In this document: positions 43,669 through 53,393 of the stretch, one piece after another
Layout of the letters: each line of letters opens with the position of its first letter
Position numbering within the stretch: position 1 is the first letter of the stretch
From: an uncultured Phycisphaerales bacterium
GTDB taxonomy: Bacteria; Planctomycetota; Phycisphaerae; Tepidisphaerales; Tepidisphaeraceae
DNA length: 64,000 bases
NCBI GenBank assembly: GCA_963792535.1
Contig: CAWBWQ010000001.1
Location: 256,001 to 320,000, forward strand
Reading direction: 5' to 3'
Position numbers and translations under genes: made by a program
Notes under the pieces: model-generated
Told to the model about the DNA's origin: nothing
Database searches by the model: none
What the model saw: the letters and a program-made list of their open reading frames with translations, nothing else

Positions 43669-44042
43669 GGAAAACCAAATCTACCGATCACCAACCCAAT
43701 CATACCTGAACGGCTCAACCAAGTCGATGGAGCATGAACAACCTCTCGCGAACCATCACGATTCCCGTGATAATCAATCGGCTCGCGCACTTGCGCATAT
43801 CAGTGCGCACAATCACATCTCGATAAATACCGTAATCTCAACAACTTATTCGCACAATTGGGCCAGTACACGAAAATTAACCCCAAAGTTGACGCGAAAC
43901 AAACTGGCGTTGCACTGTTTTTCACAGGCAAATCGTTTGCAAATATCATTTTACATTCGCTGAAGGCTCAAACCGATATTCTTTGGCCGACGTCGCCGTG
44001 GGTCTCTTCTGCGCGGGGTTGGAGCGGCTACAATCGGCCACC

Positions 44043-45269
44043 ATGGCACTCTCCTTCAAACATCATCAACTTTCCAACGGACTGGACATCATCGCTGAGG
44101 AAAATCCCGATTCGCATTCATTTGCCGCCGGCATCTTCGTCAAAACAGGTTCACGCGATGAAAACATGCCCATCAACGGTGTCTCGCATTTTCTCGAGCA
44201 CATGATGTTCAAGGGCTCCGGCAAATACACATGGGAAGACGTCAACCGCATCTTTGATGAAATCGGCGCACGATACAACGCCTATACCAGCCAGGAGATG
44301 ACCGCCTATTACGCCAGCGTTTTGCCGGAGTTTACCGAGCAGGCGGTCGAGCACCTCGCGCACCTCCTGCGGCCGGCGATTCGTGTCGAGGATTTCACGA
44401 CTGAGAAAAAAGTCATCCTCGAAGAAATTGCCATGTATCTGGATGATCCCGGGCATCGGCTTTACGAACGGCTCATGGAAGCGCATTTCACCGATCATCC
44501 GCTGGCGCTCAGCGTGCTCGGCACGGTCGAATCCATCCAAAAGCTCCAGCGCGACCAGATGGCTGAATATTTCAACCGACGATACGGGCCGGGCAACATG
44601 GTGCTCTCGGTCACCGGAAAAATGGATTTCGACGCTGTGGTGAAACTCGCCGAAAAATATTGTGGCGATTGGCCGCATGTGGATGCGCCGCGCAGGCAAC
44701 CCGACCCGGTTTACAAAGCCCAGAAAATCGCGATGGCCGACGCCAAACTCAATCGCCAGTACACAATGGGCATGACGCCCGGCCCCAGCGCGCAGGACGA
44801 TCGGCGTTTTGCCGCGCACATCCTCGCGGATGTCATTGGTGACAGCGACGGATCCCGTTTCTACTGGGCACTGGTCGACAACGCTATCGCTGAGGATGCC
44901 GACTTCGGTTTTTATCCGCACGATGGTTGCGGCAGCTTCTACATCGCCCTCACCACCGAACCCGATCGCAGCGACAAAGCCCTCGAAATCGCGATGAAAG
45001 AACTCGACCGCGTGAAGAAAGACCTAGCAGCCGACGAAGTGGAGCGCGCCAAGAACAAGATCGCCAGCGGACTGGTGCTGTCCGGCGAATCCCCCCTCGG
45101 CCGCATGCGCAGCATCGGTGGACAGTGGATGTACAACCGCGAATACCGCTCGCTGGAAAAAGACATGGCCACCCTCATGGCGGTCACCCCCGAATCACTC
45201 AAACAACTCATGCAGGAGTTCCCCTTCGACCCCATGACCATCGTCAGCCTGGGACCGGGAGAAAAATAA
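44043..45269 (+). CDS. M16 family zinc peptidase
   Basis: HFLEHMMFKG, NAYTS, EKKVILEE. Confidence 0.95.
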   Translation: MALSFKHHQLSNGLDIIAEENPDSHSFAAGIFVKTGSRDENMPINGVSHFLEHMMFKGSGKYTWEDVNRIFDEIGARYNAYTSQEMTAYYASVLPEFTEQAVEHLAHLLRPAIRVEDFTTEKKVILEEIAMYLDDPGHRLYERLMEAHFTDHPLALSVLGTVESIQKLQRDQMAEYFNRRYGPGNMVLSVTGKMDFDAVVKLAEKYCGDWPHVDAPRRQPDPVYKAQKIAMADAKLNRQYTMGMTPGPSAQDDRRFAAHILADVIGDSDGSRFYWALVDNAIAEDADFGFYPHDGCGSFYIALTTEPDRSDKALEIAMKELDRVKKDLAADEVERAKNKIASGLVLSGESPLGRMRSIGGQWMYNREYRSLEKDMATLMAVTPESLKQLMQEFPFDPMTIVSLGPGEK

Positions 45270-45520
45270 CAGCTAAAGACCTTGATGAGCGCCACGCTAC
45301 GGGGGCGTTTTTGTCTGCCCGCTCCCAACCACGCAGTTCATGGCTCCGTTACAGGCTACCGCGAGTCCCTCTCAGGCCGAATGGTACCGTGTAGCCGAGG
45401 ATAGCGAGTTCTACACGCCTGCGGATGGGTCAACTTCGAACGGGCGCCCGGGGCATGCGGTTCTGCGAAAAACTTCTGCCGATATCATCCCAGCAATTGG
45501 AACCATCGCTCTAACCAACC

Positions 45521-46089
45521 ATGCAATCGATCAGAAAAAGAGTGCTTAGAACTATGACTATTGCTTCACTCGTCATGGTCGTGCTTGTACTCGTGCTCTG
45601 GAATCGTAGCAAGAGGCATGGCGATTCCTTGGTGAGGCAAATTGGTTCAAGCTCCGTAACATATTTTGAGTCATCGGGCGGCTATTGTTATTTAGCATCT
45701 GGCGATTTTTTTCTCAGGTCTAAGGTCGCTTCCGGCATTAGATTGAATCAGACTCCACTCCATCTATCAAAATGGCCATTATATGATGATGAGTCCGGGC
45801 TCCTCCGAACCGACGAAAACAGTGGAGATATCGACGGTGCGGACATGCACTATGGCATGGTCGGTATTCCATATTCGTACGCCCTTGCACTGACCCTAAT
45901 GCCGCAGGCATTAGTCTGGGCTATTTCGTGCGTTCTTTGCGTACAAAGATCCGTACGGCTCGCTATCCGTCAGAAGCGCGCTGGCAAATGCGTGAGCTGC
46001 GGTTATGACCTCCGGGCCAGCTTGATCGGTGCCCGGAATGTGGACAGTTATTAGACAGGATTGAACCAGCAGCAAGAGAATTGAAATAG
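45521..46089 (+). CDS. Membrane protein with C-terminal Zn ribbon (indel ~46025)
   Basis: Two TM segments, CVSCGYDLRAS then RCPECG in the shifted frame. Confidence 0.7.
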
Positions 46090-46092
46090 GTC

Positions 46093-46187
46093 GGAACATG
46101 CCGGGACAGTCACCTTTTCAAACATACCGGAAACATACCGGGACAGTCACCTATTTGACCAAATAGGTGACTGTCCCGGTATTTACT
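46093..46187. repeat. Palindromic REP-like element plus partial copies
   Basis: Perfect 22-bp stem ATACCGGGACAGTCACCTATTT (46135..46156) / 46161..46182; partial copies at 46093..46118 and 46121..46130. Confidence 0.9.
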
Positions 46188-46590
46188 CTTGTAAATCATG
46201 GAAGACGCGATACCCGTTTACACGTAGCGTTTCCAACAATTGTCCAACAGTTCTTTCGCCCCGGATCGCCAGCTGGAGTTCTTTTATTTTTGGCCAGACT
46301 CGACTTATTTTCCATGGGCTAAACCCGCCGACGAGGATGAAAGCCGTCGTATAGATGCCGGGCGAAGGAAGCGTCCGAAAATACCAGCGGTACCATTCGA
46401 GGGCGGCAGTGGTGAAGGCAAAAATTGTCATCACACTCCACTGCTCTACGGTGTTTGAGTAAAGCAGGTCAAGCTGCTCCTGCAGCGATTCGCCCGGGTG
46501 CGGCAGCGATCTTTTTGGAATCGGCGAGCGCACAGCTGCCTGTTTTCGTTTGAAGTTCAGGGGTAGTCTCCTCTTAACAAAAGCGGTCAC
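46183..46590 (-). pseudogene. NERD-domain membrane protein truncated at the palindrome
   Basis: PGESL, two TMs, RGERTVGQLLE, GYRVFHDL, then a stop at the repeat edge. Confidence 0.75.
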
Positions 46591-46660
46591 ATCTTCTGCA
46601 CATGCACTTCATCCAGAATCTCCTGCACGGTCAATAGCTTGATGATTCTGCCGGTGCGTT
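46589..46660 (-). repeat. 72-bp duplicate of the methylase/Mrr gene 3' end
   Basis: Matches 47138..47209 with 4 mismatches; encodes RTGRIIKLLTVQEILDEVHVQKM. Confidence 0.92.
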
Positions 46661-46682
46661 CGAGCAGGCAAGGGCATTGTCT

Positions 46683-46880
46683 TTAACCGGCCACCTGAAA
46701 TTCCATCGTCCGAGCGTTGCTCACCCGCTTCGAGGCGTCCAGTATCTCGATGCCGACAATGTTGCCGGTACCGTCATAATCGATGATGACACCGGGCCTG
46801 TCTTCATCGCTTTCAGCTACCGGACCTGGCCCGAGTTCCAGCGTCAGCGTATCGGTGGAAGCGTCGTATGTGGCTTTCAT
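46683..46880 (-). CDS. DUF2283 family putative antitoxin
   Basis: MKATYD...DTL...GVIIDYD..GNIVGIEILDAS. Confidence 0.9.
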   Translation of the reverse strand: MKATYDASTDTLTLELGPGPVAESDEDRPGVIIDYDGTGNIVGIEILDASKRVSNARTMEFQVAG

Positions 46881-46883
46881 GAT

Positions 46884-47130
46884 TCAACTCCTGTATCTGC
46901 CGATTTTACTGGTGCGGTAGGCGGTGACCACCTCGGGCGGCTGGCGATCAACATCCACGAACACACGCACAAGATAGCCATCCACGAGTGATTGAGCCAC
47001 CACCCGGCCTGCTCGCACAGGAAGTATATCACCGGGGTTATTCAGAACCGCTCGGACAAGGGTTTGTTCGAGCTGCGCCTTTCCATCTGCAGGCGTGCAT
47101 GTCCTTGATGATAGCATTGGTTAAATCCAT
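46884..47130 (-). CDS. DUF4258 family putative RNase toxin (indels near the 5' end)
   Basis: HARLQMERR in a shifted frame, YLVRVFVD...VVTAYRTSK; paired with DUF2283. Confidence 0.8.
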
Positions 47131-47135
47131 CTTCG

Positions 47136-47483
47136 TTACATCTTCTGCACATGCTCTTCATCCAAAATTTCCTGGACGGTCAATAGCTTGATGATTCTGC
47201 CGGTGCGTTTGAAGAAGGCGCGGCATTCGTCTTCGGCGTCCTTGGTGTAGCCAAAGCTGACGAAGAAGCCGCGTTGGCGGCCGCCTTCGCCTTCTCGCTC
47301 CATGACGGCTTGGAAGGCGTCGATGTCTGGCCGGCCTACCTTGTCCATTTGCTTGACCTGGATGGGAAACCAGTCATCGCTGAACAGCCCGCCTTCGGCT
47401 GGCTTGGTGCCGACCGGGAAGATGCGGCCATCCGCACCCATGTCGCCAACCTGCACCTTGTGGGGGACACGGGTTCCCGTCAT
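47136..47483 (-). CDS. Stand-alone C-terminal Mrr-like restriction endonuclease domain of a DNA methylase
   Basis: GDMGADG...PIQVKQ (D...QxK), GFFVSF; ATG overlaps the upstream stop (ATGA). Confidence 0.75.
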   Translation of the reverse strand: MTGTRVPHKVQVGDMGADGRIFPVGTKPAEGGLFSDDWFPIQVKQMDKVGRPDIDAFQAVMEREGEGGRQRGFFVSFGYTKDAEDECRAFFKRTGRIIKLLTVQEILDEEHVQKM

Positions 47484-48007
47484 GTGAGTTCCTTCTTTTG
47501 TCGGTCCAATTCCTCTCGCAGGAGTGATATTGCCTCTTTTAGAGATTTTGCCGCGAGTAAAGCAGAGCTGAATTGGTGCTTTGACGCGGCTGAGTTGACT
47601 ACCGACGGCCCCATTAGCTGCGTTTCACGACGACACCGAACAAGTGCGGCTATGTCATCGCAGGATTCATACGCAGCATCAGCGAGCGTGTTGAAGCTGC
47701 GCCTGAATCGCTTAAGACAATGCGCTTGATGGCATTGGAACCATGTTGTGGAGCCAATGACTTGTGTTAACGTCTTTTCGAGATCGACTCCTTTTTCGCG
47801 GAGCAGGCGTTCGAATTGTGTTAGTGCAGTGTCGGCCTCGTCGAGCCTTTGAAGTGCAGTTAGCCGGACCTCTTCGAGCAGAAGTTCAAGGTCACTGCGA
47901 TTGTTTCCGCGCTTTGGTCTGTTAGCGGCAAACGTGTCAGTAAGCGTCTTGGACAGCTTGAGCCCGCTCGCTGCCGCGATTAGAAAGTCGTCGATTCCAA
48001 ATGCCAT
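47480..48007 (-). CDS. Hypothetical helical protein inserted between methylase fragments
   Basis: AAGGAG RBS, 175 aa. Confidence 0.75.
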   Translation of the reverse strand: MAFGIDDFLIAAASGLKLSKTLTDTFAANRPKRGNNRSDLELLLEEVRLTALQRLDEADTALTQFERLLREKGVDLEKTLTQVIGSTTWFQCHQAHCLKRFRRSFNTLADAAYESCDDIAALVRCRRETQLMGPSVVNSAASKHQFSSALLAAKSLKEAISLLREELDRQKKELT

Positions 48008-48029
48008 CTGTAATCTCCTTCTAAATGGG

Positions 48030-48421
48030 CAGGTACCTGCCAGTCGCAGTGGTAGTAGAAGCTGCCGGTCTTCTTGAGGACGCGGGCGAGTTGCACGCAG
48101 CGGGGACGCATGTATTCGATGTAGGCCTGCGTGCTGGCGCGGCGGTCTTCGAAGGCTCGCTTTTCCTTGGTTTCGCCCCAGAAGACTTCGTAATTTCGAT
48201 TGCTGTTAACGTTGAATGGGAGCCGGATCGATGTAGATCAGATCAATGCAGACATCGGGCAGCCCATTCGACACTCAGGCTTGGCGAGCTGTTCGAGATT
48301 GTCGCGGCTCGACTGACTTCCGAAGTCCGCAATAGACGACGCGGGTGTCGAGCAGGGAGGAGGGCTTGCCGGCTTTGGGCGGGTTGGGAATCGGTTTGTT
48401 GGGAAGCCCCTTTTTGGCCAT
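48030..48421 (-). pseudogene. N-terminal fragment of a site-specific DNA methyltransferase (N6/N4 beta class)
   Basis: After removing small insertions it reads LLDTRVVYCGDNLEQLAKLPDVCIDLIYIDP(P)FN SNRNYEVFWGETKEKRAFED...LARVLKKTGSFYYHCDW, then breaks off. Confidence 0.85.
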
Positions 48422-48614
48422 GCATGCAGCATAATTGGTTGAGTTCGTTGGGGCAATGTTCGGAGGTCATTTCGAAAGGGTGCGGCGTACCGGTAAAGGA
48501 CGTACGCGACCGCGTTTCCGCCAGCCGAACATACGGGGAAATGAAACGGCGACGTGGGGTCGGCAAATCATCTCAAGTGATGAATACATCCACTGCGGCG
48601 TATCGCCATGAACG

Positions 48615-49214
48615 CTATGGCTTCAGCACGTTGAGGACCGCCTGCTCTACCCGCCGGCATTCCGCCCCGTCTTCATCGCTGAAGAACGCCTCGGACGCGT
48701 GAAGGAAGGGCGTGACAAACGCACTGTACTCGGGCGTCAATACGTTGGGTATGGGGTGCAACCTCTGCGTCAGTTCCGTGGGGGGCGAAGTTGGCTTGCG
48801 GCGTGGTTTAACGGGATGCGTCTGGTAGTAGTCCTCGACCATCCTGAGGTTCTGCTTCTCGAGATTCTCTGCTTCGGCGGGCGTCAGAGGGGAGGCAAAT
48901 TTCACGATCACTGTGTAGGTGCTCGATTGGACGAACCCCTGAGCCTTCAAGTCTGCCTTGTCCTTGAAAGTCGGCAGACTGGCGTTCCCAAACCACTCGA
49001 CCGGCTCCTTGCGGGTGATCGTGATGGTGTCCTTATCGACCAATAAGGACCAGTTGGCCGGAAGATGCGGCTTAATCTGTGTGGCGAGGTCGCCAGCGGT
49101 CTTTGCCGCGTCGAATGGTGGTGCGGCCGGTTGAGTGGCCGGTGGTTCACCCTGCGCCAAGCCGGTGTGGGACAGCAGCAACACCATCGCCAGCATCGTC
49201 GAATGCGTTCGCAT
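48615..49214 (-). CDS. Secreted hypothetical protein
   Basis: Signal peptide followed by PATQP linker. Confidence 0.75.
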   Translation of the reverse strand: MRTHSTMLAMVLLLSHTGLAQGEPPATQPAAPPFDAAKTAGDLATQIKPHLPANWSLLVDKDTITITRKEPVEWFGNASLPTFKDKADLKAQGFVQSSTYTVIVKFASPLTPAEAENLEKQNLRMVEDYYQTHPVKPRRKPTSPPTELTQRLHPIPNVLTPEYSAFVTPFLHASEAFFSDEDGAECRRVEQAVLNVLKP

Positions 49215-49269
49215 GGTCGTTCCCATGACGCAGGTGATAGCCCGGCTACCTGCGAGCGTCAACAAGGTT

Positions 49270-49328
49270 GGAACATACCGGGACCGTCACCTATTGTAGC
49301 TAAATAGGTGACTGTCCCGGTATTTACT
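49270..49328. repeat. Second copy of the palindromic REP-like element
   Basis: GGAACATACCGGGACCGTCACCTATT-GTAGCT-AAATAGGTGACTGTCCCGGTATTTACT, same orientation as 46129..46187. Confidence 0.9.
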
Positions 49329-49514
49329 AGCTTTGCAAATTCCGACAGTCAAAGGTAATTCTGATGAGTGAGGTGGACCTACACGGCTACGACCGAACTT
49401 GGCCGCAAGCTCACCGTGTAAACCGAGCCCTTCTGTGAAAATGCTGGTCGGAACAGAATTTCTTATTTTGGATTGTTCAATTATCGTATCGAGGGCGAGG
49501 AGGTTTATCTCATT

Positions 49515-51155
49515 ATGACGGACACTGTGCTTCAGCTTACCAGCAAATGGGAACTATCCCAGGACGGCGTGTCACAGGAAGTCATCGACGACACCCAGCA
49601 ACTCATTGGTTTTGAACTGCCGCAAGATCTGCTCGATTTCATGCGCGTGCACAACGGCGGCTCGGGCTACCTCGGCGATGACGGGGCGGGATGGGTTCGC
49701 CTCGACGCGGTCGAGGAATGGCCGGACAACTCCGATGGCTATGACCTTTCCCGGATGAAGATGGTCATGATCGGCAGCGAAGGCGGCGATGCGGCTTATT
49801 GTCTGAGCCTCAGGTCCTTTCCCATGCAGTATCGCATGGTCAACCATTACGAAACAGGCCAGGGTAAATTCCTCAGAAGCAGCTTCGTCGAATTCCTCAC
49901 TAATGTACGCGACAAAAAGTTTCCAAAGTCTCCCAAGCCCGACAAATCCGCCAAGCCCAAACCACTTCCACCGGTGCCGCTGGATAAACCGGCGATGGAA
50001 CTCAAAGGACTGAAGAACATTGTTACGGCCATGGCGCTGTCGCCCGATGGAAAACAGATTGCCGCCGCGAGCGGATACCCTGCCAGATTCGGCGGCAGCG
50101 CGTGGGTGTTCGATCTGTCCACCGGCAAGGGGCAGGCGTCGACCATTGATCTCGCGGATGGCCACTTTCTTGGTGCCGTCGGGTGGGTCGATGGTCGTGC
50201 CGTTGTCGCAGTGGCAAAGGTCGATGGTAAGGTTGGGGATCCCAGCCAATACAAGCCAGCCCGCCTTCATCTGATGGATATTCTTAATGCTGGAGAGATA
50301 TGCGCTGGCCCTGAGGCTGATTCCAACCAAGCCGGTCGCGGCTCGTTTTCACCGGATGGATCGCGATTTGTCTTCAGTTCAGCACTCACGCAGTGCTTTA
50401 TCAACACGCCCACGGGCAAGATAATCCGCGAGCTACCGATGGCCTCCATGTATCCGTTCGCAATCGCCTGGACGCACGACAGCACTCAATTCGCACTGGG
50501 CCGGCGATCCGGAGTCACGCCGGTAGGATGGGTCTACGACGAAGTAACACATCCGACCGAACCAACGCCGGATTGGGAAGTCCTGCTCCTGAACCGCGAT
50601 GGAAATGAAGTCGGCCGTATCAACGTGGGTGTCGATTCGAACTACACCGACTACTACTACCTGTCTCAAACGCCAGAGCTTCGCAGCGTTCATTTTTCTC
50701 CCGATGCCAGGTATCTGCTGCTGGCGCGCCCGAAAGATGTCCGCATCTTTCAGATGGAAGGATTGACACCCTCCGCCAAGCCGGTCACGACCCTCAAGGT
50801 GCCGTTGCGTCATATCGATTCCGCCTGTTTCGCGGGCAACGATCACGTTGCGGTAACCACGGCCGAGGGCGTGATTGTCCTGTTCGAATGGCACTCGGGC
50901 AAAGTGGTTCACAAGTGGCAGAGCACGAAACTGCAGCAACGCCTGTTGCTGGCCACCGCCGATGGCAAGTCGCTATTCACGGCCAACGGCTATGAGCCGT
51001 ACGACAGCACCCATCCCGAGAGTAAAACGATCCGCGTGTGGAAGTGGTCCGGCGATGGCGAGTTGAATCGCGCCTCGCCTGCTCGTGAGAAAAAGCTCGC
51101 TGCAAAAAAAACACTTAAGGTGAACGCTCGGCGGAAAGTGAAACGGGAAAAGTGA
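49515..51155 (+). CDS. SMI1/KNR4 (SUKH) domain fused to a WD40 beta-propeller
   Basis: LPQDLLDFMRVHNGG, IGSEGG, SFVEFL; Pro/Lys linker; ALSPDGKQIA, FSPDG, IRVW repeats. Confidence 0.85.
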   Translation: MTDTVLQLTSKWELSQDGVSQEVIDDTQQLIGFELPQDLLDFMRVHNGGSGYLGDDGAGWVRLDAVEEWPDNSDGYDLSRMKMVMIGSEGGDAAYCLSLRSFPMQYRMVNHYETGQGKFLRSSFVEFLTNVRDKKFPKSPKPDKSAKPKPLPPVPLDKPAMELKGLKNIVTAMALSPDGKQIAAASGYPARFGGSAWVFDLSTGKGQASTIDLADGHFLGAVGWVDGRAVVAVAKVDGKVGDPSQYKPARLHLMDILNAGEICAGPEADSNQAGRGSFSPDGSRFVFSSALTQCFINTPTGKIIRELPMASMYPFAIAWTHDSTQFALGRRSGVTPVGWVYDEVTHPTEPTPDWEVLLLNRDGNEVGRINVGVDSNYTDYYYLSQTPELRSVHFSPDARYLLLARPKDVRIFQMEGLTPSAKPVTTLKVPLRHIDSACFAGNDHVAVTTAEGVIVLFEWHSGKVVHKWQSTKLQQRLLLATADGKSLFTANGYEPYDSTHPESKTIRVWKWSGDGELNRASPAREKKLAAKKTLKVNARRKVKREK

Positions 51156-51188
51156 AGCGGGACGGTCGATCTGTCCGCGTTGTCTCTC

Positions 51189-52769
51189 TTACTTGGACAG
51201 CGCTTGCTCAACTGCCTTCATTAATTCTTCGCCTTGCAAGTTCTTTCCAATCACTTTTCCGTCGGGTCCGATGAGCCAGATCGAGGGAATTCCACGCACG
51301 GCATAAAGCTTTTCGATGGGTGAATCCCATTCATCTCCCCCAAGATAGCCCTGATTCCATCCGAGATGATGGGCAGCTACAAATCCCGCCGGCCGATCGG
51401 GAGTCTCATCGGCGCTCAGGCTTATCATTGCCAGGCGTTGGTCGCTTCCAAACTTCTGATAAACCGCCTTCACATTTTCCATTTCTCCCACACAGGGGCC
51501 GCACCATGTGGCCCAAAATTGAAGCAACACGTACTTCCCCCGAAAATGGGAAAGCTGCAACGGATGGTCGTCCAAAGCTGGAGCAGTAAAATCAGGTGCT
51601 AAATCACCAACATTTACGTCCCGCACCATTGCCACAGCAACCGTTGGTATTTCAAGAGGTGTGTCACTTCGGCCACCAGGCATTTGATTCACAGTGAACT
51701 CAGCTTGCCCTTCGGCCAGACAAATGGGTCGCTGTGATCCAACCTTTCCGCTCTGCACATAGAAGTCAATTCGATAGCTTCCCGGTTCAACGTCTTCAAT
51801 CCTGAATGTTTGATCGTCTTGAATATCAAACGGGTAAGTGCCTGCCCACATCCGCTCATTCCGCGTCTGCTGTGCGGCACTGAACTTTGCAGCCTCGCTG
51901 GTGTGCTCGGGAGCATTCCACCAATCGATTTGCTTCCTTATTGACTGCGTCCTCACTTCCTTGGGGATGATTGACGCGGCTGCATTGGTCGAAGGGACAG
52001 CGCTGCAAAGCCAATACGACCAATCGTGACGGCTGCTTAGGCCGGGAGGCAATGCAACATGGCCGACAACGGCACAACCTCGACCGCCGATGTTCAGGGT
52101 GGTTGTCATGCCCGAATGGACTTTCACGACGCGCATCGGGCGCTCAAGCCGTGCTCCCCAATTTGTCGGATCATCGGGGGCTACATTTGCTTCGCCGGGC
52201 GGCGTTCGAGCAATCTGATAACTGCCGAGTGAATCCGCCGTCCCATGACTTACAAACATGACGACAGTCGCCTGTCGATCATCGTTGGAGGGATGTTCGC
52301 CACCGCCTCTTACGCCCCAAGCGATAACTTTTAGCCCACCACCGGGCTTCTTTCCTACGGAACGTCGGCCTTCGATATTGCCCCAAGCCGTAAGCTGTAC
52401 TGTGTCGTTTTCGTGGACTTCATCTTGAGTTAACAGGGTTGAGCCAACCGCATCAATGATCACGAGCAAGAACTTCGCCGGGAGATTTGAAAAGCTCAGT
52501 CGGCCAGCCGAATCTGTGGAACCAAGTATATAAGCAGGATCGTTATCAAAGTCTTTTCCATCGGTCACAGTCAATGTGTGTCCGGGTGGCACGAGCACTG
52601 CGAGTGCACCAACTACCGACTTTCCGTCGGATGAGACCACACTAAATGATAAATTTGATTGTCTAACGGTAGTCGTCGTCTGGGCCAACAAGGTTGTTGT
52701 CGGAACCCATCCTAGCGCCAAGATCCGCATGAATAATACGAAGATAGATGGATGCCGAAAGATGGACAT
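51189..52769 (-). CDS. Secreted TlpA-family thioredoxin-fold protein with N-terminal beta-sandwich domains
   Basis: APDF, FWATWCGPC, GIPSIWLIGPDG. Confidence 0.9.
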   Translation of the reverse strand: MSIFRHPSIFVLFMRILALGWVPTTTLLAQTTTTVRQSNLSFSVVSSDGKSVVGALAVLVPPGHTLTVTDGKDFDNDPAYILGSTDSAGRLSFSNLPAKFLLVIIDAVGSTLLTQDEVHENDTVQLTAWGNIEGRRSVGKKPGGGLKVIAWGVRGGGEHPSNDDRQATVVMFVSHGTADSLGSYQIARTPPGEANVAPDDPTNWGARLERPMRVVKVHSGMTTTLNIGGRGCAVVGHVALPPGLSSRHDWSYWLCSAVPSTNAAASIIPKEVRTQSIRKQIDWWNAPEHTSEAAKFSAAQQTRNERMWAGTYPFDIQDDQTFRIEDVEPGSYRIDFYVQSGKVGSQRPICLAEGQAEFTVNQMPGGRSDTPLEIPTVAVAMVRDVNVGDLAPDFTAPALDDHPLQLSHFRGKYVLLQFWATWCGPCVGEMENVKAVYQKFGSDQRLAMISLSADETPDRPAGFVAAHHLGWNQGYLGGDEWDSPIEKLYAVRGIPSIWLIGPDGKVIGKNLQGEELMKAVEQALSK

Positions 52770-52896
52770 TTGTCCTCCGCGGTAAGCGCGAAACGGCGAC
52801 GGATCTCGTTTATGTCGCAGGTCGATTTAGCCATCATATGGTGATGGCCAGAATGGCGACAGTCGCACAAGGTTGTTCGACTTATGATGTATGGAA

Positions 52897-53058
52897 TCAC
52901 ATGGCTGTGGGATGAAGCTCTCGTTGTCTGATGCCGATGTTGAAATGTTCGAACAGGGGTTGATCAACCATGGAAACTAGATCCGTTCCCGATGTTTCTG
53001 CCTTTCGCAGAACTTCAGCGGCCATGGCGGAGATGCAGGTGTCCAACAGCACTTTCAC
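52897..53058 (-). pseudogene. Truncated DUF5615 PIN-like toxin
   Basis: GTG overlaps the DUF433 stop; MKVLLDTCIS...EVLRKA, then similarity is lost. Confidence 0.65.
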
Positions 53059-53309
53059 GCTGCTGATCCAACAACAGTGACAAGATCGATTCGCTCGTGT
53101 GCGACCAGCTTGTACGCATAAAGCATGCAAGCACGGATGTCGTCGGGTTCTAGAAAAGGATACGCGGCAATGATGTCTGCGGCAGCATCGCCGGCTGCCA
53201 ACATCGATAGTACGTGTTCGACTGCCAGTCGCCTGCCGCGCAGAATCGGTTTGCCCCCGAAAATTGCAGGGTCGGATGTGAGGCGACGAAGCAAATCGGT
53301 GTCAGTCAT
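53055..53309 (-). CDS. DUF433 family antitoxin
   Basis: DPAIFGGKPILRGRRLAV...YPFL..DDIRACMLYA. Confidence 0.92.
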   Translation of the reverse strand: MTDTDLLRRLTSDPAIFGGKPILRGRRLAVEHVLSMLAAGDAAADIIAAYPFLEPDDIRACMLYAYKLVAHERIDLVTVVGSAA

Positions 53310-53393
53310 GGCGTCGAGAACATACCATATTCGGCGGATTAACGCATGATCGATGCTGACCAACAAACCGGCTATGCGAGCGTTATCGATCCG

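Noticed and set aside
48025..48702. 225-aa plus-strand ORF
   Set aside because: Antisense to the methylase fragment, whose motifs are on the minus strand.
46093..49328. Integron cassette array or IS element
   Set aside because: No intI, no attC-type RYYYAAC/GTTRRRY boxes recognised, and no transposase or target duplication.
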